Assembly (NCBI GenBank): GCA_944323165.1
Contig: CALURK010000004.1
Span: 30,300-94,299, forward strand
Direction of reading: 5' to 3'
DNA from: Candidatus Gastranaerophilales bacterium
GTDB lineage: Bacteria > Cyanobacteriota > Vampirovibrionia > Gastranaerophilales > Gastranaerophilaceae
DNA length: 64,000 nt
Below are positions 46,153-55,864 of the stretch, one piece after another (within the stretch, counting starts at the first letter, position 1; every line of letters starts with the position of its first letter). The notes beneath the pieces are model-generated. The model was not told the DNA's origin and searched no databases. It saw only the letters and a program-made list of their open reading frames with translations. A program made the position numbers and the translations under genes.

Positions 46153-46295
46153 AATAGTGCTATTTATATTTCGGCTAGTGTAAAATCTTAACAGGAAGGA
46201 TATAACCGACCTGTTTTCTTTTGGTTTTAATTTATCCCATGGCCGGACAGTAAGGTAATATATTTTATTTTGATACTCAATATAATAAGTTTACG

Positions 46296-46865
46296 ATGTC
46301 AAAATCAAGGTATAAAAAAAGGGATATTAATACGTTAATTTTGTTTGCTCAAAAAGGTGATTCTAAGGCTTTGGAGGAGCTAATTCGACGTGTACAGAAA
46401 AATATTTATACAATGTTTAGTTATTTGACAGACAAGCGCCATGATATTGCTGATCTTACGCAGGAAGCGTTGTTAAAAATGGCTAAGAATATTAAATCTC
46501 TCAAGGATATTAATCGTTTTAAGCCTTGGTTAAATCAAATTGTAACAAATATTTTTTATGACTATGTGAAAAAGCATGAAACATATACAAAATTTGATTT
46601 AGACAATGACAAGCTATTGGAAATCAAAGATAAAATCGGATGTGAGCCGGGGGAAAAGTGTTTATTTGCTGAGATGGAAAAATTAATTAAAGCAGCTTTG
46701 CTTACATTGCCGGAAAATTTGAGAATAGTTCTTATTCTGAGAGAATATGAGGGCTTGAGTTACGACGATATTGCTAAAATTACAAATACTGCCCTTGGAA
46801 CTGTGAAATCAAGAATTTCAAGAGCAAGATTAAAATTACAACAGGAGTTAAAAGAGTTTATTTAA
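46296..46865 (+). CDS. ECF RNA polymerase sigma factor
   Basis: Region 2 DLTQEALLK...FKPWLNQI; region 4 LREYEGLSYDDIA...GTVKSRISRAR. Confidence 0.93.
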   Translation: MSKSRYKKRDINTLILFAQKGDSKALEELIRRVQKNIYTMFSYLTDKRHDIADLTQEALLKMAKNIKSLKDINRFKPWLNQIVTNIFYDYVKKHETYTKFDLDNDKLLEIKDKIGCEPGEKCLFAEMEKLIKAALLTLPENLRIVLILREYEGLSYDDIAKITNTALGTVKSRISRARLKLQQELKEFI

Positions 46866-46879
46866 GGAGAAATTTAACA

Positions 46880-47416
46880 ATGGAAATAACATGTGCACAG
46901 ATGGATGTTTTATTATCATTTTACGTTGAAGGTGATTTAAGCAGAGCATTAAAGGCTAAGGTAGAGGAACATTTAAAGAAGTGTCCTGCCTGTAGAGAAA
47001 AATATGAGATAATTAAAACAATGATTCAAGATTTAAAAACTTCTGTTGATGATAGAGAAGAAATTTACTCTTCAAAATCTAACGGCCAATATCGAATATT
47101 TCAAAACAATCTTTCTGCTTACGTAGACAATGAACTTCCGCAGGATGAGAGTATTAAAATAAAGAAATATACGATTAATAATAAGCAAGCAAGAAAAGAG
47201 CTTGAGGATACATACAATATAAGGCGTTTAATGAGTGAATCTTTTAATAAAACGAAGCTTGATGCAAAGCAGGACTTTGCAAGAAATGTTTTAAGACAGC
47301 TTAATCCGAATGAGGATTATTCCTTTTCAATACATCCTGTATTGAAGCTGGCTGCGGCGTTTGTCATGACTGTTTTGATTTTGTCAGCAATAATAGTTTT
47401 TTCACTCACATTGTAG
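46880..47416 (+). CDS. Zinc-binding anti-sigma factor (zf-HC2)
   Basis: HLKKCPAC; C-terminal TM; directly after the ECF gene. Confidence 0.85.
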   Translation: MEITCAQMDVLLSFYVEGDLSRALKAKVEEHLKKCPACREKYEIIKTMIQDLKTSVDDREEIYSSKSNGQYRIFQNNLSAYVDNELPQDESIKIKKYTINNKQARKELEDTYNIRRLMSESFNKTKLDAKQDFARNVLRQLNPNEDYSFSIHPVLKLAAAFVMTVLILSAIIVFSLTL

Positions 47417-47424
47417 GTTAAACT

Positions 47425-47460
47425 AAAGGGGGCTTGGCGATTTCGCCAAGCCCCCTTTTT
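47425..47460. terminator. Bidirectional terminator
   Basis: AAAGGGGGCTTGGCGA-TT-TCGCCAAGCCCCCTTTTT. Confidence 0.9.
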
Positions 47461-47463
47461 GTT

Positions 47464-49968
47464 TTATTCTTCTTTTGGAGGTTCTTCCTTATTTTCGTCT
47501 TCTTTCGGAGTTCCCTCTTTACGTTCAAAGATGATCTTATCATCTTGAAGTTTTAGTACAATTGTATCTCCAGGCTTATAAGCATTTGTCAAAATCTCTT
47601 CGGCAAGAGGATCTTCAATTTTCTTTTGAATTAATCTTCTAAGAGGTCTTGCACCATAAGCTTCGTTGTATCCGTCTTTTGCAAGATAATCTTTAACTTC
47701 ATCTGTTACTTCAATAGAAAGTTCTCTTTCTGAAAGACGCTTGAATAAATCCTTCATCATTAAATCAACGATTTGTCGGATTTCTTCTTTGCTCAAGTGA
47801 GAGAATACGATTATATCGTCAATACGGTTCAAGAATTCAGGTCTGAAGGCTTTTTTCAATTCTTCATTAACTGTTTCTTTTAACTTTTCGTATTTATCCT
47901 TCTTAGCATCTTCCGCTGTTGAGAAGCCTAGCTTACCTTGAGTTGTAATCATGCTTGCGCCGACATTTGAAGTCATAATGATTACGGTATTTTTAAAGTT
48001 GATATGTCTGCCTTTCGCATCAGTAAGACGTCCGTCATCCAGAATTTGAAGCATTATGTTAAACACATCAGGGTGAGCCTTTTCTATTTCATCGAAAAGA
48101 ATTACAGAATAAGGTTTCTTCCTTACAAGTTCCGAAAGATGTCCGCCATCATCATAACCTACATATCCAGGAGGTGAACCGATAAGTTTTGCGGTAGAAT
48201 GTTTTTCCATAAATTCTGACATATCCACTCTTATCATGTTATCTTCACTTCCGAAGATAGCTTCTGCAAGAGCTTTAGCTAATTCTGTTTTACCGACACC
48301 TGTAGGACCTGAGAAGATAAAGCTTCCGATTGGTCTATTTGGTGATTTTAAACCAACTCTTGCACGTCTTATAGCTTTTGATATTGCAGTAACGGCTTCT
48401 GATTGACCGATAACCCTGTTATGAAGAGTTTCTTCCAACTTAAGAAGTCTTTCGGACTCGCCTTCTGTTAGTTTTGTAACCGGAACGCCAGTCATTGTTG
48501 CAATAACTTCCGCAACATCTTCTTCTGTTACTGTTGGTTTGTTTGCATCGTTTTGTCTGCGCCATTCCTCAGTTACTTCACGAATTCTATCTTTCATATT
48601 TGCTTCATCATCTCTTAATGCTGAAGCCCTTTCAAATTCCTGATTTCTTATGGCTTCTTCTTTTTCCTTAACAATTTCTCTTAATTCTTTATCAAGTTCT
48701 TTGCCTTCAGGAGAAAGAGTGCAAACCTTTAATCTTACTTTAGAGCTGGCCTCGTCAATTACATCGATAGCTTTATCCGGCAAAAATCTGTCATTTATAT
48801 ATTTGCTGGACAATTTTGTAGCCGCAACAATTGCCTCATCCGAAATATGAAGGTTATGGTGCTCTTCGTATTTCGGTTTTAAACCTCTTATAATTTCTAT
48901 TGTTTCATCAATAGAAGGTTCTTCGATTATTACAGGTTGAAATCTTCTTTCAAGGGCTGAATCTTTTTCAATGTATTTGCGGTATTCATCGGAAGTTGTA
49001 GCACCGATTACTTGAATTTCACCTCTGGAAAGTGCTGGTTTCAAAATGTTTGCAGCATCAATTGCACCTTCTGCAGCGCCAGCGCCGATTAAAGTGTGCA
49101 TTTCATCGATTACAAGAATTACATTACCTGCTTGGCGAATTTCGTCCATAATCTTTTTAAGACGTTCTTCAAATTCACCACGATACTTTGTTCCTGCGAT
49201 TAAAAGCCCCATATCAAGTTGTATAATCTTCTTATTTTCCAAAATATCAGGAACTTCATTATTAACTATTCTAATTGCTAAACCTTCAGCCACAGCTGTT
49301 TTACCAACACCTGGTTCACCTAATAAAACAGGGTTATTTTTGGTTCTTCTTGCAAGAATTTGAATAACACGTTCAATTTCTTTTTCTCTGCCGACAACAG
49401 GATCAAGTCTTTGTTCTGCTGCTGCTTGAGTTAGGTCTGTTCCAAATTCATCCAAGCTAGGAGTTTTAACTTTGCTTGCCTGTGATGAACCAGAAGAGGA
49501 TGATCCGACACCGGCACCTGTTGTTTGAGGTTTAGAATCACCAAGCATTTTTACAACATTGCTTCTGACTTTGTTTAAGTCGACACCAAGATTCTCTAGA
49601 ACCCTTGCTGCAACACCTTCACCTTCTCTTATAAGTCCAAGAAGCAAGTGTTCAGTTCCGATATAGTTGTGGCCAAGTTGTCTTGCTTCATCCCAAGATA
49701 ATTCCAAAACTCTTTTTGCTCTTGGCGTAAATGGTATTTCTACAGCAACAAAGCCGGAACCTCTTCCTATAATTTTTTCAACTTCTATTCTCGCATCTTT
49801 GAGGGTAACCCCCATTGACTTAAGAGTTTTAGCAGCAATACCGGTACCTTCTCCGATTAAGCCCAAAAGTACCTGTTCTGTGCCGACAAAATTGTGTCCC
49901 AAGCGTCTGGCTTCTTCCTGAGCCAGCATTATTACTTTTATTGCCTTTTCAGTAAAACGTTCGAACAT
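47464..49968 (-). CDS. clpC: ATP-dependent Clp protease ATP-binding subunit ClpC
   Basis: Clp N-domain, Walker A GEPGVGKT and [11 protein letters not shown] domain. Confidence 0.97.
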   Translation of the reverse strand: MFERFTEKAIKVIMLAQEEARRLGHNFVGTEQVLLGLIGEGTGIAAKTLKSMGVTLKDARIEVEKIIGRGSGFVAVEIPFTPRAKRVLELSWDEARQLGHNYIGTEHLLLGLIREGEGVAARVLENLGVDLNKVRSNVVKMLGDSKPQTTGAGVGSSSSGSSQASKVKTPSLDEFGTDLTQAAAEQRLDPVVGREKEIERVIQILARRTKNNPVLLGEPGVGKTAVAEGLAIRIVNNEVPDILENKKIIQLDMGLLIAGTKYRGEFEERLKKIMDEIRQAGNVILVIDEMHTLIGAGAAEGAIDAANILKPALSRGEIQVIGATTSDEYRKYIEKDSALERRFQPVIIEEPSIDETIEIIRGLKPKYEEHHNLHISDEAIVAATKLSSKYINDRFLPDKAIDVIDEASSKVRLKVCTLSPEGKELDKELREIVKEKEEAIRNQEFERASALRDDEANMKDRIREVTEEWRRQNDANKPTVTEEDVAEVIATMTGVPVTKLTEGESERLLKLEETLHNRVIGQSEAVTAISKAIRRARVGLKSPNRPIGSFIFSGPTGVGKTELAKALAEAIFGSEDNMIRVDMSEFMEKHSTAKLIGSPPGYVGYDDGGHLSELVRKKPYSVILFDEIEKAHPDVFNIMLQILDDGRLTDAKGRHINFKNTVIIMTSNVGASMITTQGKLGFSTAEDAKKDKYEKLKETVNEELKKAFRPEFLNRIDDIIVFSHLSKEEIRQIVDLMMKDLFKRLSERELSIEVTDEVKDYLAKDGYNEAYGARPLRRLIQKKIEDPLAEEILTNAYKPGDTIVLKLQDDKIIFERKEGTPKEDENKEEPPKEE

Positions 49969-50237
49969 TTAATAAATTCCTCTTCTTATAAATATATTTA
50001 TCTGAGTATATATTACAAAAAATGTGCACTTTTTTCAAGAGGCAAATGTATTGGGATACTACTCAGACTACAAGATAAATGTTCTGTAGAGATATTCAGG
50101 TTGGGGCACATACTTGATGTGCACCCAACTCTTTGCTAAAATAAGTTGAAAAATATTAGTTATTACAATAAATTACTATCTTGTCACAGAGAATAACACA
50201 AGTTTGAAATTTTAAAAGAACTGTTGTTACAGTATTC

Positions 50238-51071
50238 TCATTCGTCTATTCTTACATTATATTTATTCAAACCTTCTTTTATATTCTTAGCTTGATTTTC
50301 CTTTGGAGTATCTCCAAACGTAAATGAGCTATTTATTTCAAACGTTGGGATAGCATGAACGTTCCGTTCTACATCTTTTAGTATAAACTGACTTGTTTTA
50401 TTATCCCAGGCATAGCTTTCTACGTATCCATCTCCATTTTTTAAATATATATCTGTTTCTTTTGGTTTTGTTCCGAATAATTCATTTATAAGATTAGTAC
50501 TAGCCGGATATAGCCCCATTTTTTTAGCCACATAATCTTTATTTGTATAATATTCTTTATTATTTTTATAAAGCCTATATTTTCCCGTCCCCTCTCCTTC
50601 TTCAGTCATACGTTCTACTAAATAACCGCTTTTGCCAAAGGACTTAACTTCTCGATTATAAGAATTATCTGAATATATTTGTCTTACATCGTCTTTATTT
50701 ACAACCTTTTCGACTCCATTGACATCTTTCATTGTCTCAAAACTTTTCAATGAAATTTTTATCTGGTTCTGTATAGTACTTATACCTTCTTTAGCTGTGT
50801 ATATTATCGTATCTTTTATTTTAGCGAGTTGTACATATTTTTTGTGTGGTAAATTTTCTATTTGCTTCTCATAACTTTTAGCAGCGTTATCAATTTCTTT
50901 TTCTGCTCCTGCTAATAATTCAGATAGTTGATTTTTTTCACCTCTGGTTTCAATTTGCTTGTTCTTGTTTTCCCCTTTAGCTGCTAGTTGGCTAATTTTT
51001 GAATCCAAATTTGAGATAATAGAGATAACCTTTGCTCCAAAATTGTTTGTCATAGTAAATACTCCTTTCAT
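50238..51071 (-). CDS. Hypothetical protein with sigma28 promoter
   Basis: 277-aa ORF; likely start at 51053 (RBS AAGGAG). Confidence 0.75.
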   Translation of the reverse strand: MKGVFTMTNNFGAKVISIISNLDSKISQLAAKGENKNKQIETRGEKNQLSELLAGAEKEIDNAAKSYEKQIENLPHKKYVQLAKIKDTIIYTAKEGISTIQNQIKISLKSFETMKDVNGVEKVVNKDDVRQIYSDNSYNREVKSFGKSGYLVERMTEEGEGTGKYRLYKNNKEYYTNKDYVAKKMGLYPASTNLINELFGTKPKETDIYLKNGDGYVESYAWDNKTSQFILKDVERNVHAIPTFEINSSFTFGDTPKENQAKNIKEGLNKYNVRIDE

Positions 51072-51101
51072 ATAGTTAAATTTTTACAACTTATATTTTG
51101 C

Positions 51102-51128
51102 ATTACGGCATTTTTTTGAAAAACTTTA
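51102..51128 (-). promoter_or_regulatory. sigma28-type promoter
   Basis: TAAA-GTTTTTCAAAAAAAT(15)-GCCGTAAT. Confidence 0.7.
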
Positions 51129-51449
51129 GAGTATTTAGTAAGAAGCTGCCACTACTACTACCTTACTGTTCTACTACTACTGCGTTTGAACCTATTGTAA
51201 CAATTTTTTAACAATTGAATGCTTTTCTATAAGCGAAGTCTCTGGACTCTGACTAAGAACGGTAAGCTATTTGTCTATAAAAGCATTTAAAAAAAAATAT
51301 GACCAAAAGTATATTTTCCACGAATTTGCTTAAAAATTTAAAAGCAATAAATCCCAGAAGCTTTGGCTCATATATTTGGTGCAGTTGCAGCAAGTATATG
51401 AGGCTCTTTTGCAGTTAACATAAAAACAGAATTGCACAACCAGCATGAA

Positions 51450-52076
51450 TTACTTTATATTTGGAAAAGCATATATTGAACCGTCATCACCCCTCCATCT
51501 CATATAACCCATTTTAGGGGTTTTGTCTATGTCTACGACGGAAACAAGTGCCCAGTTGCCTCTTATTGCCGTTACTCGAATTTGCCTTACATATCTTAGA
51601 GTCGAAACATTTTGAGATAAGTCTTCACTTTTTGCGTGAAGAACTTCTATTTCATCGGGAGAATCTTTCATTAGACGTAAGCCGTATTTTCTTCCGTACA
51701 TATTATAAAAGTTTAGCCAAGGCAGGAATTGTAAATTGTCTTCAGTTTTTACCCAGCCTTTAGCTCCGGTTTTTCTATCATAAATAACTTCAACCCAGCC
51801 TTCATCACCAATATCTGATACGTATAAAAAGCCTAGTTTTTTATCGTTTATCAAAACGCCAAATACATTATCAGGCATAGTTTCCGGATTGTATGAGAAT
51901 TCCATTTTCTTTATTACTTTTGAATTAGCTTCCGGATGAGAAAATATTGTAATATTTTCTCCCGTTTGATACATTCCGATTACTGTTTTGGGAATACTTT
52001 CTACGTAAAACGGCATTGTATCTGCAAAAACGGGAAGTGTAAGAAGTAAAAATAATATAATTAATATTTTTTTCAT
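51450..52076 (-). CDS. Exported hypothetical protein (possible SH3b-like repeats)
   Basis: Signal peptide MKKILIILFLLLTLPVFA; GWVEV...GWVK and GNWALV...GYMRW. Confidence 0.7.
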   Translation of the reverse strand: MKKILIILFLLLTLPVFADTMPFYVESIPKTVIGMYQTGENITIFSHPEANSKVIKKMEFSYNPETMPDNVFGVLINDKKLGFLYVSDIGDEGWVEVIYDRKTGAKGWVKTEDNLQFLPWLNFYNMYGRKYGLRLMKDSPDEIEVLHAKSEDLSQNVSTLRYVRQIRVTAIRGNWALVSVVDIDKTPKMGYMRWRGDDGSIYAFPNIK

Positions 52077-52203
52077 AAAAAGTCCCTCTGTATTTGATAT
52101 TATATCACTATAAATATTATGCCAAGATTTTTTAGAAAATGGTGAGTTATTTTATAAATTTTTGTAAATATTTATTAACATATAGACAAGTTTTTCATAG
52201 ATC

Positions 52204-53229
52204 TTGTTTTACATGATGTATGTAAGTGAAAGAAAGGAAGTGTGTATGAACCCAGTTGGAATGAATGTAAATGGTTATGTGAACTATAGTGTTGCAAAGA
52301 ATCAATTAAGAGATAATACTCAAACCGTGTCATCCGGCAATACTGATACGCTTCAGGCTCCTGCATTTAAAGGGGGAGTTAAAGTGAATAGTAAAAATGG
52401 TTTAAAAGTTTTATTTGCTTCAGTTGCAGGAGCTTTAGGTATCGGAGTTGCTACGAAAAAGGTTCATGAAACTATAAATAAAGAACCTGTTGTTGGGGAA
52501 AATGTGAAACCAAAAGATGCAGAAATCTTATTAAATCAATTGAAAGATAAAAACGGTGGAATTGAAAGTATACAACGTGATGTTGATGTAAGAGAAAATT
52601 ATGATATTACGGAAGTCCGATTTAAAGACGGAAATTCTCTACTTTTCCAAGACATTGATACAGAAGAAAATACTTTGAAAAAATTGCAAAATAGTGCTTT
52701 AGGTTATAATAAATCCGGATTATTCAAAACTTATAGAGATAATTTACAATATTTGTATGGCAAACAAATGGATGATATTTCGACAGTTATAGAACAGCCA
52801 AAAGAACAGGTTGTTATAGATAAGGCTGATTTTACAACTAAACCTTCTGATAAGGATAATTTTTATAATCCATATTTAAATTATTCAAGGCAAGATGTTG
52901 CTAAAAAACTGCGTTATGGCGAGAATTCTATGTTCCAAAACAAATCAGTATTAGATAGAATTAAATATTCAATAGAATACAAGTTAGGTAATGAAAATCC
53001 AGAACCTGCTGATATAAGAGCTTTGAAGTTGAATGGATATGGAAAAGAAAATAATGCTTACGTCTATTATGACAAAAAGACTAACTTGTCTACAATATTT
53101 GACAGCTATGGTTCTCCAGTAGCGCAAGTAGCGTTCAATACTAATTATCAGAATCGAGGGGATGAAATACCTTCTGACTACAAACTTTACTCCTTTTACG
53201 CGAATGATAAATTTAGACAATTTAAATAA
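52204..53229 (+). CDS. Hypothetical protein with AFKG motif and TM helix
   Basis: Likely start at 52246 (RBS AAGGAAG); VLFASVAGALGIGVA. Confidence 0.75.
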   Translation: MFYMMYVSERKEVCMNPVGMNVNGYVNYSVAKNQLRDNTQTVSSGNTDTLQAPAFKGGVKVNSKNGLKVLFASVAGALGIGVATKKVHETINKEPVVGENVKPKDAEILLNQLKDKNGGIESIQRDVDVRENYDITEVRFKDGNSLLFQDIDTEENTLKKLQNSALGYNKSGLFKTYRDNLQYLYGKQMDDISTVIEQPKEQVVIDKADFTTKPSDKDNFYNPYLNYSRQDVAKKLRYGENSMFQNKSVLDRIKYSIEYKLGNENPEPADIRALKLNGYGKENNAYVYYDKKTNLSTIFDSYGSPVAQVAFNTNYQNRGDEIPSDYKLYSFYANDKFRQFK

Positions 53230-53233
53230 AAAT

Positions 53234-53270
53234 AAAAAAAGACCTGCTATATTAGCAGGTCTTTTTTTTT
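53234..53270. terminator. Bidirectional terminator
   Basis: AAAAAAAGACCTGCT-ATATT-AGCAGGTCTTTTTTTTT. Confidence 0.9.
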
Positions 53271-55743
53271 ATTCTCTAAAGCTCAAATCAGGAATCGATT
53301 TTTTTAAAGTTGAACGCAGATTTGCCATTTGTGTTTCAATAGCTTCATCTGTCATTGTAGAATTAGCATCTTGCATTCTTATTCTAAACGCAACAGACTT
53401 AAATCCTTCCTGAACGTGTTCTCCTTGATATACGTCAAAAACGCTGCATCCGGTAAAGACTTTGTTATCAATACCTTTTTTGATGATTTTTGAAAGCTCA
53501 TCCCAAGTTGTTTTATCAGGAACTATTACTGCCAAATCTCTTTGAACTTCAGGGTATTGAGGTAATTTCCTGAACTTTACTGTTGCAGGATTTACGGCAT
53601 TTATGAATAAATCCAAATCAAGTTTAAACACATAAGCATTTTGATTTAATTTCATCTTATTCTTTAATTCAGGATGAATTTCTCCGTAGTATCCGACAAT
53701 TTCAGGCTTTTTGCCTAAAAGAGTCAGAACTGCTGATTTATATGGGTGCATAATAGTATGAGTTTCTGCAAGGGCAGAATCTGCTAACAGTTCAAACTTA
53801 ATTCTTCTTGTAAGTCCAAAATCTTCTAAAATCTTATCTACAATACCCTTTACAGTATAGAAATCAACTTCTCCTGTATTTTGCCATATAGAATTCTGTA
53901 TGTTTCCTGTAATAACTCCGGCTAAGATTTGAGTTTCTTTAACTCCTGAATGTTTTTCGTCAGGTTCGCTAATCTTAACATAGCTTCTTCCGATTTCGTA
54001 AGCCCAGAAATCTTTCTGTCCGTTATCGTAGTTATATTTTAAACATTGTAAAACGCTTGCCATAAGTGTTTGTCTAAGCATTGTATAGTCTTCTGATGCA
54101 GGATTTTGAACATATACAGCTTTTTCCTTGTTATAGTTTACGTTGAATTGTTTTAACAGAGGCTCTCCAATTAATGAAGATGTTTGGATTTCGTTTAAAC
54201 CTTCTCCAGACATAATGTTTCGAACTCTTGCAATAACTCTTTCAGCATGCGAAATCTCTGCTGTTCCGGGTTTTGCAGGAAGAGTCGGAGTGATTTTGTC
54301 ATACCCGTTAATTCTTGCAATTTCTTCTATTAAATCGCACTCTCTTGTAACATCGCCTGCACGGAATGACGGGACAAGAACTTTGCAAGCCAATTCATTT
54401 TTACCAAGAATTTTAAATCCGAGTTTTTCCATAATTGCAAGGCACTTAGCAGGATCAATATCACAACCTAAAAGTCTTTTTACTTGAGGATATCTTATTG
54501 TTATTTCAATCGGTTCAAGTTTATTCTGTCCTGTTTCTACCATACCTTCAAATTTAGCGTCAGCATACTTCTCTAAAAGTTCTACTGCTCTAAATAAACC
54601 AGGTTTTACAGCTTCAATATCTATTCCTCTTTCATATCTTGCACAAGCATCTGATTTATAACCAACGCTTCTTGAGCTTTTTCTGTTTGATTGTGGGGTA
54701 AAATATGCAGCTTCAAGTGCAATATTTTTTGTATTTTCATCGATTTCAGAATTAGCTCCGCCAAAAACTCCGCCTAAACATACAGGCTTTTCTTTTGTTG
54801 CGATAACAACTGAGTCATGATTTAACTTTCTTTCTACTTCATCCAATGTGATGAGAGTTTCGCCTTCTTCTGCACGTTTTACGCACAGGTAGCCGTCTAA
54901 TTTGTCGAAATCAAACGCATGAAGCGGTGTTCCGTATTCAAGCATTACATAGTTTGTAATATCAACAACGTTATTTATAGCTCTTACGCCTGATGAAATT
55001 AATCTTTTTTGCATCCAATCAGGTGAAGGCTTTATTACTATGTTTTTCAAAAGCCCGATTGAATAATACTTGCAGACATCTGTATCTTTAATTTCTACTT
55101 CAAAATCAGCTTTTTTGGCTTCTCTGGAGGCGTATTCAAATTTTAGAGGTCTGTTAAATAATGCAGAAAGCTCTCTTGCAATACCGATTACAGAAACTTC
55201 ATCTCCTCTGTTTGCGGTTGGAGCTGTGTGTAGAATGTAATCTTTTTCGAACCCTAAAACATTTTCTACATCAAGACCTAAGCCTACATTTGGGAAAATT
55301 CTGTTGAGGACTAATATACCGTCTTCTTCTTGGTAATTTCTGTCTGAAACTCCAAGCTCGTCATCTGAACAAAGCATTCCTTGAGATTCAACACCTCTTA
55401 TAACGGCAGGTGTTAGCTCGAATTGTTCGCCTGTTTTTCTGTCTAAAACTTTGCTCCCAACTGATGCGTAAGGAACTACTTGACCGACTTCTATATTTTG
55501 TGCTCCGCAAACAACTGTTTTTAATCCTGAGCCGGTATTAACCGTTACAAGATGCAAATGATCAGAGTTCGGATGATTATCTATCTTTTCTATTTTTGCT
55601 GTTATTATATTTGTAAATTGAGGTCTGACTTCTTCTACTTCTTCAACTTCTAATCCGCTCATTGTTAACTCGTGAGCTATTTGTTTTACGTCTAAGTCAC
55701 TTAAATCTACTAATTCATTTAACCAGTTTAATGAAACCTGCAT
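53269..55743 (-). CDS. pheT: Phenylalanine--tRNA ligase beta subunit
   Basis: tRNA-binding OB fold (HPNSDHL, VVCGAQN), RYERGID, FDX-ACB domain (FDVYQG...KSVAFR). Confidence 0.97.
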   Translation of the reverse strand: MQVSLNWLNELVDLSDLDVKQIAHELTMSGLEVEEVEEVRPQFTNIITAKIEKIDNHPNSDHLHLVTVNTGSGLKTVVCGAQNIEVGQVVPYASVGSKVLDRKTGEQFELTPAVIRGVESQGMLCSDDELGVSDRNYQEEDGILVLNRIFPNVGLGLDVENVLGFEKDYILHTAPTANRGDEVSVIGIARELSALFNRPLKFEYASREAKKADFEVEIKDTDVCKYYSIGLLKNIVIKPSPDWMQKRLISSGVRAINNVVDITNYVMLEYGTPLHAFDFDKLDGYLCVKRAEEGETLITLDEVERKLNHDSVVIATKEKPVCLGGVFGGANSEIDENTKNIALEAAYFTPQSNRKSSRSVGYKSDACARYERGIDIEAVKPGLFRAVELLEKYADAKFEGMVETGQNKLEPIEITIRYPQVKRLLGCDIDPAKCLAIMEKLGFKILGKNELACKVLVPSFRAGDVTRECDLIEEIARINGYDKITPTLPAKPGTAEISHAERVIARVRNIMSGEGLNEIQTSSLIGEPLLKQFNVNYNKEKAVYVQNPASEDYTMLRQTLMASVLQCLKYNYDNGQKDFWAYEIGRSYVKISEPDEKHSGVKETQILAGVITGNIQNSIWQNTGEVDFYTVKGIVDKILEDFGLTRRIKFELLADSALAETHTIMHPYKSAVLTLLGKKPEIVGYYGEIHPELKNKMKLNQNAYVFKLDLDLFINAVNPATVKFRKLPQYPEVQRDLAVIVPDKTTWDELSKIIKKGIDNKVFTGCSVFDVYQGEHVQEGFKSVAFRIRMQDANSTMTDEAIETQMANLRSTLKKSIPDLSFRE

Positions 55744-55864
55744 TTTTATTTCCTCTCTACAATTTCCCTATATGTAAATTATACAATTAAAAAATATGAT
55801 AGCAATTTTTTTATTTTTGAGTTTTAATAATAATCAAAAAGTAAAAGTGTGGGGTGTATAATTT

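Noticed and set aside
51145-51190. Attenuator leader peptide (Thr4/Tyr3 runs)
   Set aside because: No start codon in frame and no amino-acid biosynthesis operon downstream.
51330-51446. 38-aa Cys-rich ORF on the minus strand
   Set aside because: No RBS, and it overlaps a hairpin that explains the composition.
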